Shown here piece by piece: positions 27,033 through 37,449 of a stretch of DNA of 64,000 nucleotides. Numbering within the stretch: position 1 is the first letter of the stretch; every line of letters starts with the position of its first letter. This DNA is from a virus. The notes under the pieces were generated by a model. The model saw only the letters and a list, made by a program, of their open reading frames with translations. It did no database searches and was not told the DNA's origin. The translations under genes were made by a program, and so were the position numbers. The DNA is taken from IMG/VR virus record IMGVR_UViG_3300039074_000056, positions 1 through 64,000 of that record; one strand, 5' to 3'.

Positions 27033-27285
27033 AGATAAATTTGTCACCCTACGGAGTAATTCGTAGCACAAACACTACCTAAAACGGGAAACTCCTTCAG
27101 GACAATCCGTTGCTAAATATAGAGCTAAAGCTCTATTAAATGCCCAACGACTAGCCGCAAGGCGTACACTCAAGTGAGTGGAAATGGTAGTCTCCCTTAC
27201 GGGATGAAGATATAGTCTCATCTGCATGGCAACATGCAGCAGCTTAATTGCGGCATAAGCCTAACGACCTTATGTGAAGATAAAG
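27033..27285 (+). mobile_element. group I intron (subgroup IA2-like), 253 nt, no internal ORF
   Basis: P1 GGTGAT/GTCACC with U-G at the splice site; P3 ACTACC/GGTAGT; P7 GACTA/TAGTC; CAACGACTA and GAAGATATAGTCT core; P7.1/P7.2; GNRA-capped P2 and P9; terminal G; splicing restores 'LAGD|EFRS'. Confidence 0.93.
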
Positions 27286-30200
27286 GAATTTAGATCGGTA
27301 GCAGAAGCTGCACCAGCCTTGCTAGATGCCTTAGCTAAAGGCGGTAATGTTGCTCGTGACTCACTAAAGAAAATGTCACAAGATGGTTTGTTGACAACAA
27401 AGTTCGTAGCTGATGCTTTGCAAAAGAGTATGCTTGATTTAATCGTTGCAACAGAAGGCATCCCAAAAACTGTTGGACAGGCATTTCAGAACTTGTCAAC
27501 AGGCTTTCAATTTTTTATCGGGGAACTGAATAAAACATACGGAATTACAGAAGGTCTTTCAGGTATTATCTCAGAACTAGCCTCTGGTATGGTTGGACTT
27601 GGTAAGTCACTTCAAGATGGCAAGTTTCAGGAAGTTACCAATAATCTGTTAATTATGACAGGTGTTATTGGTGGTGCTGCTACTGCATTTTACATTATGG
27701 ATGCCGCTAACAAATCCGCTAATGTTAGTTTGTTAGAATATGTAAAGAACCTAAGAATTGCCACAGGCGCTCAAGCCTTGTTTAACATTGTTGCAGCAGC
27801 TAACCCTTATGTAATTCTAGCTGCAACAATCATCGGTGTTGCAACAGCCCTCTACTCGATGCGTAATGCTACAGTGGAAGTTGGTGGCACTACTGTGAGC
27901 ATTGGCTCGCTAATTGTTTCTACTTTTGAGTCTTTGAAAGAGCGTGTTGGAAGTGCCTTTATATTTATAACAGAATCTTACAAAAAGATTACCAAAGGAC
28001 TGCAAGACGCTTTTGTTGGAATCTTTAATTTCCTTAAAGACACTATTGCAGGAAAGATTCTTGGTGCTTTGGTAGATGCTTTTACTAACACCCTGAAAGC
28101 TCTCGGACAAATTGGCATAAGATTCGCTAAGGCACTTGGTCTTGATAAGCTAACTGAGCAATTCAATGCTTTCGTATCTGATCTTGGGCAAGATATTGTC
28201 ATTGGTGCAGTAGTAAGAGATAGCAAAGGCGCGAAGCCTGAAGCAGTTAATCCATTTTTGGGGGGTGGTGGCACAGCTACCGTAGTTGAAACCGAAGCCA
28301 CTAAAAAGCTCCGCGAAGAAAGAGAACGCCTTGCAGAACAGAACGCTGAGTTTCGCAAGAATTACTTAGCAGAAACTGCACTACTCCAAAGTGTTAATGA
28401 TTTAATTGCACAGGGTTTGCCACTGAAAGAGGCTGAATTAGAAGCACAGAAGTTAGTTGACACTCAGAAGGCAATTTCTGCTGGACTAACTCAACTTCAA
28501 ATTGACAAGCAATACGCTTTGCGTGATGCTATTAAAGCAACTGCCGATGCTGAAAAAGCTCGCGAAGATCAAAAGAAATATCAAGATTCTGTTGATAAAG
28601 ACTTTGCTAAAAACCAAGAAGCTTTTCTTAAACCAGAAGAGCTTAAAATTGGTGATTTGTTTGGTGATGCAAGCAAGGGTGCTGGCGCTTTAATCAATGC
28701 TTTTCAGGACATTAATAAACAGCAAGAGGCTTATAACGAACTTCTAGCTGACGCTGTTGTCAACAACAGAGATGTTACTGACATTGAAAAGCAAAGAGCT
28801 AAGAACGAACTCCGTAACATTGGCAATATCCTCGGAGCTACTAAAGGATTCTTCAAAGAGAAGAGTGCTGGATACAAGGTATTGTCTGCTGCTGAAAAAG
28901 CCTACAAAGCTTTTGAGTTGGCATCTACAATCAAGAATTTTGCTATTGAGAAGGGACTGACGCTAGAAACTATTGGCATTAAGCTTTCTGGGTATGCCCA
29001 GACCGCTATTGCCGCTGTCTCAAGTGCAGGCACATCTATTGCGGCATTGCTTGGTATTGGCGCTACTGCCGGTGCTGTTGCTCCCGTAACAGCCGCTGCC
29101 GGAACACCCGGCCCTGCTGCGTTTGTTGCATTCGCTGCGATGGCTGCGCTTGTGGCTGCCGCCGGATTTGGCGGCTCAAAAACAAAAGGTTCTTTCGCGC
29201 CAACTAACGAAGGTACAGGTACAGTCTTTGGTGACAAGTCTGCTAAATCTGAAAGCATTAAACGCTCTATTGATTTGCTTGCTGAGAACTCTAAAATAGA
29301 GTTACCAATCACTTCTGCAATGCTGAGAAGCTTGCAGAATATTGAGTCTAATATTGGTGGTTTGACTAACCTTGTTATTCGTAAGGGGGCTGGCGAAGAC
29401 CTAGCAAAAACCGTAAGCACAGGCTTCAAAGAAAGTGGACTAGGCAAGGGACTTCGCACCGCTGTAGGTATCGTAACTCTTGGAGCATCGGAGTTACTTG
29501 GTATTGGAAAGTTAATTGGTGGACTATTTGGAACTAAAATTTCTATTAAAGGCCAAGGTCTCTTAGGTGAAGCGCAAAATCTATCCTCTATTACTTCGGA
29601 AGGTTTTAATCTTAGAGAATATGTAGATATAAACAAGAAGAAAAAATCTTTTGGTTTTACTACATCTAATAAGAACTCTACGAGAACCTCAGCAGCTTCC
29701 GATGAATTGGAAAGACAGTTTACCTTAATTTTTACTGGCTTTTACGATGCTATCAAACTGGCAGCCGTTCCCCTAGGTCAAAACCTAAATGATGTTACCT
29801 CTCGCCTAGACAACTTTGTTGTTAAGATCGGCAAGATTAACCTAAAAGGCTTAAAGGGTGAAGAAATCCAAGAGAAGTTAGAGGCTGTGTTTGGCGCTGC
29901 TGCTGATAGTATTGCACAAGCAGCTATTCCGGGCTTAGAAGACTTCCAGAAAGTGGGTGAAGGGTATTTTGAAACTGTAGTTAGAGTATCTTCGGGCATT
30001 GAACAAGCAGCACAGGCTCTTGATTTGTTTGGTGTTACGGCAGTCAACTTCAAAGACATTATCTTAAAACAAGGTGATGTTGGAGCTGAAATTGTTAGAC
30101 AATCCTTAGTTCTTGCCAACGGAGTTAGCGGAGTTTCTGAAATACTTAGCATTGCTTCAGTTGATAGTGTAGATGCTATTGTGGAGCTTGCTACTCAGTT

Positions 30201-31185
30201 GTACTCTCTTCGTGACAATGTTATTGCTATTGGCAATGGTTTTGCTGATGTAACTATTAGCTTGATTAAAGGAGCTGGTGGAGTAGATAGACTGCAAGAT
30301 GGTCTTGATACTTTCTTTAACGATTTCCTTGATTCTCAAGAGCAAACAGCCGAGCTTACCCGTCGTACTACGCGAGAGTTTGCAAAACTTGGTTTGGCAC
30401 TGCCTGCAAGCAAAGAAGCTTTTAAGACTCTTGTTCAAGGTATTGACACCACAACAAGCTCTGGTCAAGAGTTACTTGGCAGCGTACTTGCGTTGTCACC
30501 AGCTTTCCTTGAAATGAGTAGCGCAGCAGAAGACGCTGGCAGTAGCTTAACTGATGCCGCCAGAAGCCTTTACGAAACTATTAGAGATGCTAGGGTTGAG
30601 TCGTTAGTACCTACACAGCAACTAGATGTATTGCTATCTGAGTACCAGAGCGCAGTGAATCTAGCAACACAATCAACAGGACAAAATCTTGCTGATAATG
30701 CTGGCGTGGTGAATAACTTAATCAAACCGCTCCTTGATTCTATCAAGAGTGTGTTTGCTAGTGGCCCTGAAGCACAGCGTTTGATTGATAGCGTCCTTGG
30801 GCAAGCTAAGAATGTAGCTGATAAAGCTGCTAACGAAGCTTTCACTTATCAGGATGAGTCTCTGCGTCTGCTACAAGCTCAAGTCAACGAGCTAGAGGCT
30901 ATTCGTTCGGCACTGAGCATTGGTGTGTTTACTCCTGTAAATCTTGGTACGGCAAGTAATGTTGTTCCTATTACAACAGGAAATACAGGTAGCTTAAATG
31001 TTAGTGTTCAGAGCACGACAGACAATACAGCTATCATCACTGCTCTAACAGAAAGCAATGCTCACGCAGCAGCTCTTGTTAGATTGCAACAAGCAGCTAA
31101 CCAACAAATCATTGCCAAACTTACAGAAATGGAAGAAAGGCTTGATGGTTTGGAGTCATCTGCAAGCTTGGCAGCATCTGCCTAA
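27286..31185 (+). CDS. tape measure protein, exon 2 (spliced product ~1553 aa)
   Basis: long Ala/Gly/Leu-rich helical ORF continuing the tape-measure motif 'EFRSVAEAAP'. Confidence 0.9.
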   Translation, partial: EFRSVAEAAPALLDALAKGGNVARDSLKKMSQDGLLTTKFVADALQKSMLDLIVATEGIPKTVGQAFQNLSTGFQFFIGELNKTYGITEGLSGIISELASGMVGLGKSLQDGKFQEVTNNLLIMTGVIGGAATAFYIMDAANKSANVSLLEYVKNLRIATGAQALFNIVAAANPYVILAATIIGVATALYSMRNATVEVGGTTVSIGSLIVSTFESLKERVGSAFIFITESYKKITKGLQDAFVGIFNFLKDTIAGKILGALVDAFTNTLKALGQIGIRFAKALGLDKLTEQFNAFVSDLGQDIVIGAVVRDSKGAKPEAVNPFLGGGGTATVVETEATKKLREERERLAEQNAEFRKNYLAETALLQSVNDLIAQGLPLKEAELEAQKLVDTQKAISAGLTQLQIDKQYALRDAIKATADAEKAREDQKKYQDSVDKDFAKNQEAFLKPEELKIGDLFGDASKGAGALINAFQDINKQQEAYNELLADAVVNNRDVTDIEKQRAKNELRNIGNILGATKGFFKEKSAGYKVLSAAEKAYKAFELASTIKNFAIEKGLTLETIGIKLSGYAQTAIAAVSSAGTSIAALLGIGATAGAVAPVTAAAGTPGPAAFVAFAAMAALVAAAGFGGSKTKGSFAPTNEGTGTVFGDKSAKSESIKRSIDLLAENSKIELPITSAMLRSLQNIESNIGGLTNLVIRKGAGEDLAKTVSTGFKESGLGKGLRTAVGIVTLGASELLGIGKLIGGLFGTKISIKGQGLLGEAQNLSSITSEGFNLREYVDINKKKKSFGFTTSNKNSTRTSAASDELERQFTLIFTGFYDAIKLAAVPLGQNLNDVTSRLDNFVVKIGKINLKGLKGEEIQEKLEAVFGAAADSIAQAAIPGLEDFQKVGEGYFETVVRVSSGIEQAAQALDLFGVTAVNFKDIILKQGDVGAEIVRQSLVLANGVSGVSEILSIASVDSVDAIVELATQLYSLRDNVIAIGNGFADVTISLIKGAGGVDRLQDGLDTFFNDFLDSQEQTAELTRRTTREFAKLGLALPASKEAFKTLVQGIDTTTSSGQELLGSVLALSPAFLEMSSAAEDAGSSLTDAARSLYETIRDARVESLVPTQQLDVLLSEYQSAVNLATQSTGQNLADNAGVVNNLIKPLLDSIKSVFASGPEAQRLIDSVLGQAKNVADKAANEAFTYQDESLRLLQAQVNELEAIRSALSIGVFTPVNLGTASNVVPITTGNTGSLNVSVQSTTDNTAIITALTESNAHAAALVRLQQAANQQIIAKLTEMEERLDGLESSASLAASA

Positions 31186-31187
31186 TT

Positions 31188-31221
31188 AATAGGGAATCTC
31201 CGGATTCCCTGTTATTCTTTT
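31188..31221 (+). terminator. intrinsic terminator after the TMP
   Basis: AATAGGGAATC-TCCG-GATTCCCTGTT then T-rich. Confidence 0.7.
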
Positions 31222-31272
31222 AACAAATAGGTATTTAATAAATTAAAAGTACCTCTCTCTTAGGAGAATAAT

Positions 31273-32940
31273 ATGGCTTTACAAAGAATTTGGTTAATGG
31301 AGATTGAAGCTCTTAATGAGTTTGATGAACCAGTAGAACTTACATTCTCTTCAGGTGAGTATATTTCGCCAGAAGGGATTTATTACGATAACAGAATTAA
31401 ACAACCTGCCCTCTATACATCATCGGCTTTTGCAGGTGATTTAGTTAAGAGTGGCAGTCGTTCAGCTTACGGCGAAGCTGTTTTAGTAAACCCAGACGGT
31501 GAATTAGATTATCTTGTGGATTATAGCCTAGATGGTAGAGGGCTAACAATTTCACTGAGAGATGAGTTTGGTAACATAACACCTATTATTTTTGGTACAG
31601 TAAATAACTTAACTTTCTCTGATACAACAATTTCTATTAGACTGCGTGACCCACAGGAAATCTTAAACTTAGATGACCCTGAAGAATACTACTTAGGCAA
31701 CAATATCCTACCTAATGGAGTAGAGGGCGTTGAGACAGATATTCAAGGAAAGATTAAGCCTAAAGTATTTGGTATGGTGAGGAACGCTGACCCCTACTTA
31801 GTCAACACAGCCCAATTAGTTTATCAAGTGCAATCGCTGCCAATTAACACCAATATTACGGCAGTATATGACAGGGGCGTACTAATACTTCACCACACAG
31901 AATACCCCAGTCTTTCTGCACTATTAGCTGACAATATACCTAGTGGAAAATACGGGGCATACCAAGGATACTTTAAGTTAGGCAGTAATCCTGCTGGCGA
32001 AGTAACTTGTGATGTAGATACTGATGTTAGTTTAGCAGGAGAGGTGTTTTCCTACTTAGCTTCACGACAAGGATATGCTACTACGATAGAGAGTATTGCT
32101 GAGCTTAACACCCTTGGTGAAGTAGGAATCTACCTAAAAGATAAAAAGAAAACATCGGAAATGCTGGATAGTATCGCCAAGAGTATTGGTGGTTATTGGG
32201 TTATTAATGCCGATGGCAGTCTATCTGCTTTACAGCTAAAGCCACCAACAAATGTTCCAGATATTAGTATTTTTGATTACCAGATTCTCAACATAAATAG
32301 AACAGCGTCGGGAAGCGGCGGCAATGGACTTCCTGTTAGCAGTGTCACTGTTAAAAGCGACAAGGTGGAGAAAGTTCAAACAGATCTAGCAGGCAGCGTT
32401 TCAGCAGACAGAAAGGCTAGATTGGCAGAGCAATTTCGACTAAACACAGATACCTTAGATTATGTAAAACAAAGACATCCTCTTTCTGAAGACTTAGTTA
32501 TTGAAACCGTCCTAAGAAACGCCGAGACAGGTTTTTTCTTAGCCAATAGGCTGACAAGACTTCTTTCAAGGCGGAGAGATACTGTACAAGTAGAGGTTAG
32601 ATTAGATGAGACAATTACTCCTAACATTGTAATTGGAAACACCGTCTATCTAGAGTCAATCAAGCTTGGATACTCTTCAGGAGGCTACTTCACTATTCTT
32701 GGTTTTACCCTAGACGCTAGGCTATCTAAAGCTACATTATTCTTGTGGGGTAACTCAAGTATATTTGGTGGCTTTGACCTTCTAGTTGGAGATGGTATAC
32801 AAACACTACTGGTTGATGGAAACCAATTTGGATTAAGAACAGAAGTACCTATTACTCACAGTGGTAATCATGTACTATACGATTATTTATCTCCTTTAGC
32901 AATCAATGAGCTTGGAGAATACTTGAGAACTAAATTATGA
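31273..32940 (+). CDS. tail tip/hub protein
   Basis: 555 aa after the TMP; 'G..KP..FG.VRN..P.LV', 'VYDRG'. Confidence 0.7.
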   Translation: MALQRIWLMEIEALNEFDEPVELTFSSGEYISPEGIYYDNRIKQPALYTSSAFAGDLVKSGSRSAYGEAVLVNPDGELDYLVDYSLDGRGLTISLRDEFGNITPIIFGTVNNLTFSDTTISIRLRDPQEILNLDDPEEYYLGNNILPNGVEGVETDIQGKIKPKVFGMVRNADPYLVNTAQLVYQVQSLPINTNITAVYDRGVLILHHTEYPSLSALLADNIPSGKYGAYQGYFKLGSNPAGEVTCDVDTDVSLAGEVFSYLASRQGYATTIESIAELNTLGEVGIYLKDKKKTSEMLDSIAKSIGGYWVINADGSLSALQLKPPTNVPDISIFDYQILNINRTASGSGGNGLPVSSVTVKSDKVEKVQTDLAGSVSADRKARLAEQFRLNTDTLDYVKQRHPLSEDLVIETVLRNAETGFFLANRLTRLLSRRRDTVQVEVRLDETITPNIVIGNTVYLESIKLGYSSGGYFTILGFTLDARLSKATLFLWGNSSIFGGFDLLVGDGIQTLLVDGNQFGLRTEVPITHSGNHVLYDYLSPLAINELGEYLRTKL

Positions 32941-33500
32941 CGGATAAATATGTAAATCAATTAGCTCCGGCTGCACTGCCTATTATCGACTCGGACTATA
33001 TTCTTGTTTCACGAGATGGTATTGTATTAAACCAAACACCAGCGACTAGCATTAAAGACCATGTTCGTTCTGTGTACTACAGCCTAGCTGCCGTAACTAA
33101 CAACAGCAACACCACATTAGCTAACTTAACAGAACTTCAATTTCCTGTCGTGGCAGGTAAAAATTACTTCTTTAATTACACCATTCGCTATCAAACAGCA
33201 GCAACAACAACGGGTATCGTATTCACAGCAGCAGCACCTGCTGGTATTTTATCTGGGATGTTTCATGCGGTTGTTGCTGCGGATGGTACAGCAGGTGGCT
33301 TCCAAGGCTCTATTACCACCCCCGGCTATTTGGTAAGTACAACTACTGTTGCAGCAGCTAACACAGACACTGTTGCTATCTTTACGGGTATTTATAACTG
33401 CACAACAACTGGCACCTTCACCCCTCAGTTTAGGTCAAGTGCCAACGGAAGTAATGTGGTTGTGGGTATTGGCAGCGCAGGGCTTGTAATTAGCAGCTAA
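32937..33500 (+). CDS. small tail-tip/fibre protein with N-terminal anchor module
   Basis: N-terminus homologous to that of 39520-41751; beta-sandwich-like C-terminus. Confidence 0.55.
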   Translation: MTDKYVNQLAPAALPIIDSDYILVSRDGIVLNQTPATSIKDHVRSVYYSLAAVTNNSNTTLANLTELQFPVVAGKNYFFNYTIRYQTAATTTGIVFTAAAPAGILSGMFHAVVAADGTAGGFQGSITTPGYLVSTTTVAAANTDTVAIFTGIYNCTTTGTFTPQFRSSANGSNVVVGIGSAGLVISS

Positions 33501-33513
33501 CAGGGGATTCTAA

Positions 33514-34374
33514 ATGGCAAATGTATTATTAGCTTGGCCTAATAGAATTGAAAAAGCTACATCTCTTACAGGTGGAAGTTATTTAGAGACATTACCACTA
33601 GCTAATGCTTCAAACAGAGTATTAGCTAAGAAAGCACGAACAACTGACACGCTGGAATCAAGTACAAGATTTGAGTGCACATTTAACGAAGGTCGTCCAG
33701 TGAATGTTGTAGCTATAGCTGCACACAATTTAACAACGCAAGCAATGTGGCGAATTAGGTTGTATGCTGAATCAGCCAAGATTACTCTGGTTTACGACAG
33801 CGGAGAAATCCCTGTCTGGCCTGCTATCTTCAACACAAGCGATCTTGAGTGGGAATATAATAACTGGTGGGAAGGTACTATTAGTGACGACGAAAGGACT
33901 AACTATACGCCACTAGCATCAAACATAAGTACAAATCTTAATATTGCGCTTTCAATGGTTGTTGACATATTTGACTCCTCTAACCCAGATGGATATATCG
34001 AGTTTGGTAGAATCTTTATTGGAGAGTCCTTCCAGCCGACTATTAATATGAGGTATGGCGCACAGCTTGGCTATGAAGAAAACACGAATATTGAGTTAAC
34101 ACTTAGCAATAATGAATACTTTGATGTAAAAACTCCTCGCCGCACCGCATCGTTTCAGCTTGATGGCTTATCTAAGGACGAGGCATTCACAAAAACTTAT
34201 GTAATGCAAAGACAACAAGGAATCCATTCAGAAGTATTCTTTTGCTATGACCCCGATATTGACCAAACAATGTATCTCAGGACATTCTTGGGCAGGTTAA
34301 AAAGCATTGACCCAATCTCTCAGCCTTATGTTGACAGGTATGAAACTTCATTCAATTTAATTGAAATATTATAA
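33514..34374 (+). CDS. distal tail-like minor tail protein
   Basis: 'AAHNL', 'D.SNPDGYIE.GR.F.G..FQP..NM.YG' pattern of siphophage tail-tip proteins. Confidence 0.6.
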   Translation: MANVLLAWPNRIEKATSLTGGSYLETLPLANASNRVLAKKARTTDTLESSTRFECTFNEGRPVNVVAIAAHNLTTQAMWRIRLYAESAKITLVYDSGEIPVWPAIFNTSDLEWEYNNWWEGTISDDERTNYTPLASNISTNLNIALSMVVDIFDSSNPDGYIEFGRIFIGESFQPTINMRYGAQLGYEENTNIELTLSNNEYFDVKTPRRTASFQLDGLSKDEAFTKTYVMQRQQGIHSEVFFCYDPDIDQTMYLRTFLGRLKSIDPISQPYVDRYETSFNLIEIL

Positions 34375-34385
34375 GGAGCTGCTAT

Positions 34386-35744
34386 ATGAGTAGCGTGACA
34401 TTTAGAGACGGTTTTACCGTTGACGATAGTGCCGGTGCAAACGGTCTTGCGGGGGGAGGTCATCGTGTTAGATTTGTTCCAGCACTGTCTCATGCAGTAG
34501 ACACGGCACTAGAATCTAAAAACTGGGCATCCCTAACAGGTGCTATTGTTTTTGATGGCGAGTATTCTGCCAAAGAATATGCCGTAGGCAACCTAACCAC
34601 ACAAACAGGTGGTAGTGCAAAAGCTTGGGCTATTGATAGCGATAGCGTCACCGTAGATGGTAGTGACTACTCTGCTCGCGCTCATGCTATTGGTACGGTT
34701 ATCCCTAGCGGTAGCGCCAAGGATTGGGCTATTAAAGATGACAGTGGCCTTGTGTCTACAATAGATTACTCTGCTAAAGCATATGCCATTGGCACATCAA
34801 TCCCAACAGGAAGTGCTAAGGACTGGGCAGTAGGCACAAGAAACATTGGTGGCTTGCTTTCTGCTCGTGTTTATGCTGATAGTGCAAGCTCTTCCGCTCT
34901 TTCTGCGCTTAATGCGCCGGGAACTACAGCTACATCTACAACAAGTAACAGCATCCCTACTACATTCCCTGATACAAGAACTTTTGTTATCCAGACAGGT
35001 AAAACAATTGTAGTTGGTATGTTTATGATTGCTGCAAGCACGGCATCACCAGCTAACTACATGATTGGACAAGTTACTGCCTATAACTCAGGTACTGGCT
35101 CGCTAACCCTAAGCGTTGCTGAGGTTACTCAAACAGGCGGCACAGGTACTTTTGCTGCTTGGTCAATCTCTCTTACTGCACTGGCCAATGTCGCTGGTGC
35201 GGCAACTTTAGCTGGTAATAACAGCCTTAGCGGTCAAAACACCTTTAACAATGCCACTGCACCAATTATTACAGCAAAGCTTGGGCCAAGTTCTACGCAG
35301 CAACACGCACTACCTGTTGTGGCTTCCGATACAGTCGCATTACTAGATGCTACACAGACAATAGTAAACAAGACAATTAATAACTCTGTTGTTAACGCTA
35401 CAAGCCTCTCTTACTCAGGGGAAGGTACGACTACAAGCGTTTCTGCTTTTCAAGTTCCGGTAGGCACAACAGCTCAACGACCAACAGCAGCAAACGGTAA
35501 GATTCGTTTCAACACTACACTAAATGAGTACGAAGGATACAACGCAACCACAGGATTGTGGTCGGCACTAGGTGGTGGAGCTGGGGGTGGCGGTACTGAT
35601 AAGATTTTTTATAAGAACGACCAGACCGTAAATACGAGCTATACAGTAGTCACAGGCGAGAACGCGATGTCTGCTGGGCCGATTACAATTGCCAATGGCG
35701 TAACAGTTACCGTACAGAACGGTGCAAGATGGGTGGTAGTATAA
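34386..35744 (+). CDS. tail fibre protein
   Basis: repeated 'YSAK.YA.G...GSAK.WA'; 'PVGTTAQRP....G.IRFNTT...EGY'; C-terminal 'NAMSAGPIT...GVTVTV..G..W.VV'. Confidence 0.8.
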   Translation: MSSVTFRDGFTVDDSAGANGLAGGGHRVRFVPALSHAVDTALESKNWASLTGAIVFDGEYSAKEYAVGNLTTQTGGSAKAWAIDSDSVTVDGSDYSARAHAIGTVIPSGSAKDWAIKDDSGLVSTIDYSAKAYAIGTSIPTGSAKDWAVGTRNIGGLLSARVYADSASSSALSALNAPGTTATSTTSNSIPTTFPDTRTFVIQTGKTIVVGMFMIAASTASPANYMIGQVTAYNSGTGSLTLSVAEVTQTGGTGTFAAWSISLTALANVAGAATLAGNNSLSGQNTFNNATAPIITAKLGPSSTQQHALPVVASDTVALLDATQTIVNKTINNSVVNATSLSYSGEGTTTSVSAFQVPVGTTAQRPTAANGKIRFNTTLNEYEGYNATTGLWSALGGGAGGGGTDKIFYKNDQTVNTSYTVVTGENAMSAGPITIANGVTVTVQNGARWVVV

Positions 35745-35745
35745 T

Positions 35746-36156
35746 ATGAGTACAATTTCAGTAAGTACCGTAGTAGCAAGTGATGTTACTGCGGGTACAT
35801 TAAGAAGTACAGATGCAAATCCTCCGGTTATTAGAAATAACGCTGGAGTTGAAATTGGGACGCTGTGTCGGGCTTGGGTTAATTTTGATGGTGCGAATGG
35901 TACACGAAGATCAAACCATAATGTATCTAGCGTAACTAGGGTTGGTGTTGGAGATTATGTTGTAAATTTCGCTACGCCAATGCCAGATGCTTTATATACA
36001 GTAGTAGGGGCCGCTGATTATTTACAAAATGTTAGAGCGCCGCTGTACTTCCAGAAAAATACAGCTAATACCTCTACCCAAGCTTTTGTAGAAATTAGAG
36101 ATGTTAATACTCAATTTAGAGATGCGTCGGCGGTATTTCTAAACTTCTTCAGATAA
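35746..36156 (+). CDS. tail fibre distal module (paralog of 36976-37449)
   Basis: 'CRAWVNFDG...NVSSVTR...G.Y.VNF.T.MPDA.Y'. Confidence 0.7.
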   Translation: MSTISVSTVVASDVTAGTLRSTDANPPVIRNNAGVEIGTLCRAWVNFDGANGTRRSNHNVSSVTRVGVGDYVVNFATPMPDALYTVVGAADYLQNVRAPLYFQKNTANTSTQAFVEIRDVNTQFRDASAVFLNFFR

Positions 36157-36170
36157 TAAGGTAATCCAAA

Positions 36171-36416
36171 ATGAAAATCATTTATCCAAACCAAGATAAC
36201 ACAATCGCTATTCTCATGCCATGCGAATGTGGCTTAACAATCAAAGAAATCGCCATGAAGGATGTTCCTGCTGGTGTTCCATATATCATCTGCGAAGACT
36301 CTGATCTTCCCTCTGATTGGTCTACATCTGCTGCATGGGAAGTAGATTTCAGTAAACCCGATGGCTATGGAATTGGTGCAGAACAATTCTTTGCGTTAAG
36401 AGGAGTACAAGTATAA
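36171..36416 (+). CDS. tail fibre assembly-like protein
   Basis: 'IA.KDVPAGVPY.I....DLP.D...AWE.DF..PDG.G'. Confidence 0.6.
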   Translation: MKIIYPNQDNTIAILMPCECGLTIKEIAMKDVPAGVPYIICEDSDLPSDWSTSAAWEVDFSKPDGYGIGAEQFFALRGVQV

Positions 36417-36604
36417 TGCTAGTCAGTATTAATACAGAAAAACTAAAGGCTATCCAGAACGAGAAAGCAAAAGCCGCTCGCGCTGAAGCATTTAAGAATG
36501 AGTACGACCCTTTGGTGGGTAAGCATCTTCGTGGCGAAGTTACTCAAGAAGATTTGGTAGCTCTTGCTGAAGATATTCGTAACAGATTCCCATATCAGGA
36601 GTAA
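36416..36604 (+). CDS. small tail fibre assembly-like protein
   Basis: 'R..AF..EYDPL......I..RFPY' pattern. Confidence 0.55.
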   Translation: MLVSINTEKLKAIQNEKAKAARAEAFKNEYDPLVGKHLRGEVTQEDLVALAEDIRNRFPYQE

Positions 36605-36607
36605 TAT

Positions 36608-36973
36608 ATGCCAACTGCAATTTCAGGCGATACTGGTGTAGATCAGCTTCAAGCTATTGCATTATCAGCGTTTTTTGGCGGTTCTAATCAGTCTTTGGCA
36701 ACTAATGGATACCAAAAATTTCCAAATGGCTTGATTATTCAGTGGGGTATAGCATCAACCCCTAATGACGCATATACTCGCGTCAATTTTCCAATTTCGT
36801 TCGGTACTCAATGTTACACAGCTTTAGCTAGTCCAATATATGTTGGTGCGATTGGTGGTGGTAGTGTTTTAGGTTCTCATGTTGGTTCAGTCGATAACTC
36901 TGGATTTAGTATTGGAGTGTCAGAGAATATTGCGACTATTACACAATCATATTGGATTGCCATCGGGAGATAA
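36608..36973 (+). CDS. gp53-like tail fibre C-terminal domain protein
   Basis: 'NGYQKFPNGLIIQWG', 'FPISF', 'YWIAIG'. Confidence 0.75.
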   Translation: MPTAISGDTGVDQLQAIALSAFFGGSNQSLATNGYQKFPNGLIIQWGIASTPNDAYTRVNFPISFGTQCYTALASPIYVGAIGGGSVLGSHVGSVDNSGFSIGVSENIATITQSYWIAIGR

Positions 36974-36975
36974 TA

Positions 36976-37449
36976 ATGTCTACAATTAGTACAAATGCAA
37001 TTCAATCCGTAGGCACTACCTTACAGTTAGGTACGCAGAATAACACAAAAGCTCAAGTAGATTCAAGCGGTAATTTCTCTTCGGTAATTCCGGGCGGAAG
37101 TACATTGCTGCCGGAGTTTAGGTGCAGGGCTTGGGTTAATTTTGATGGTACAACAGGTGCTATCAGAGCTTCTGGAAATGTAAGTAGCGTTACAAGAAAT
37201 GCTACTGGTGTTTATACATTAAACTTCACTACAGCTATGCCGGATGCCAATTATGCGGTTTCCGGTGGTGGTAGATCAACTTTGGCAACTGATCGAGGTG
37301 CATTTTTTAGTGGAATACAAGGAACTGCACAAACTCCAAGCGCATATTCTACAACGCAAGCGACTTTAACTTTCACTGGTAATAATCAAGCAGGGAATGG
37401 TATTGGTGCGGCAGACCCTACGATTGCAACTATAGCCCTTCACAGATAA
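36976..37449 (+). CDS. tail fibre distal module (paralog of 35746-36156)
   Basis: 'CRAWVNFDG...IRASGNVSSVTR..TG.Y..NFTTAMPDANYAV'. Confidence 0.7.
   Translation: MSTISTNAIQSVGTTLQLGTQNNTKAQVDSSGNFSSVIPGGSTLLPEFRCRAWVNFDGTTGAIRASGNVSSVTRNATGVYTLNFTTAMPDANYAVSGGGRSTLATDRGAFFSGIQGTAQTPSAYSTTQATLTFTGNNQAGNGIGAADPTIATIALHR

Noticed and set aside
27033-27285. TMP split as an assembly frameshift or two independent genes
   Set aside because: The insert has a complete group I intron core, and precise removal restores a conserved motif.
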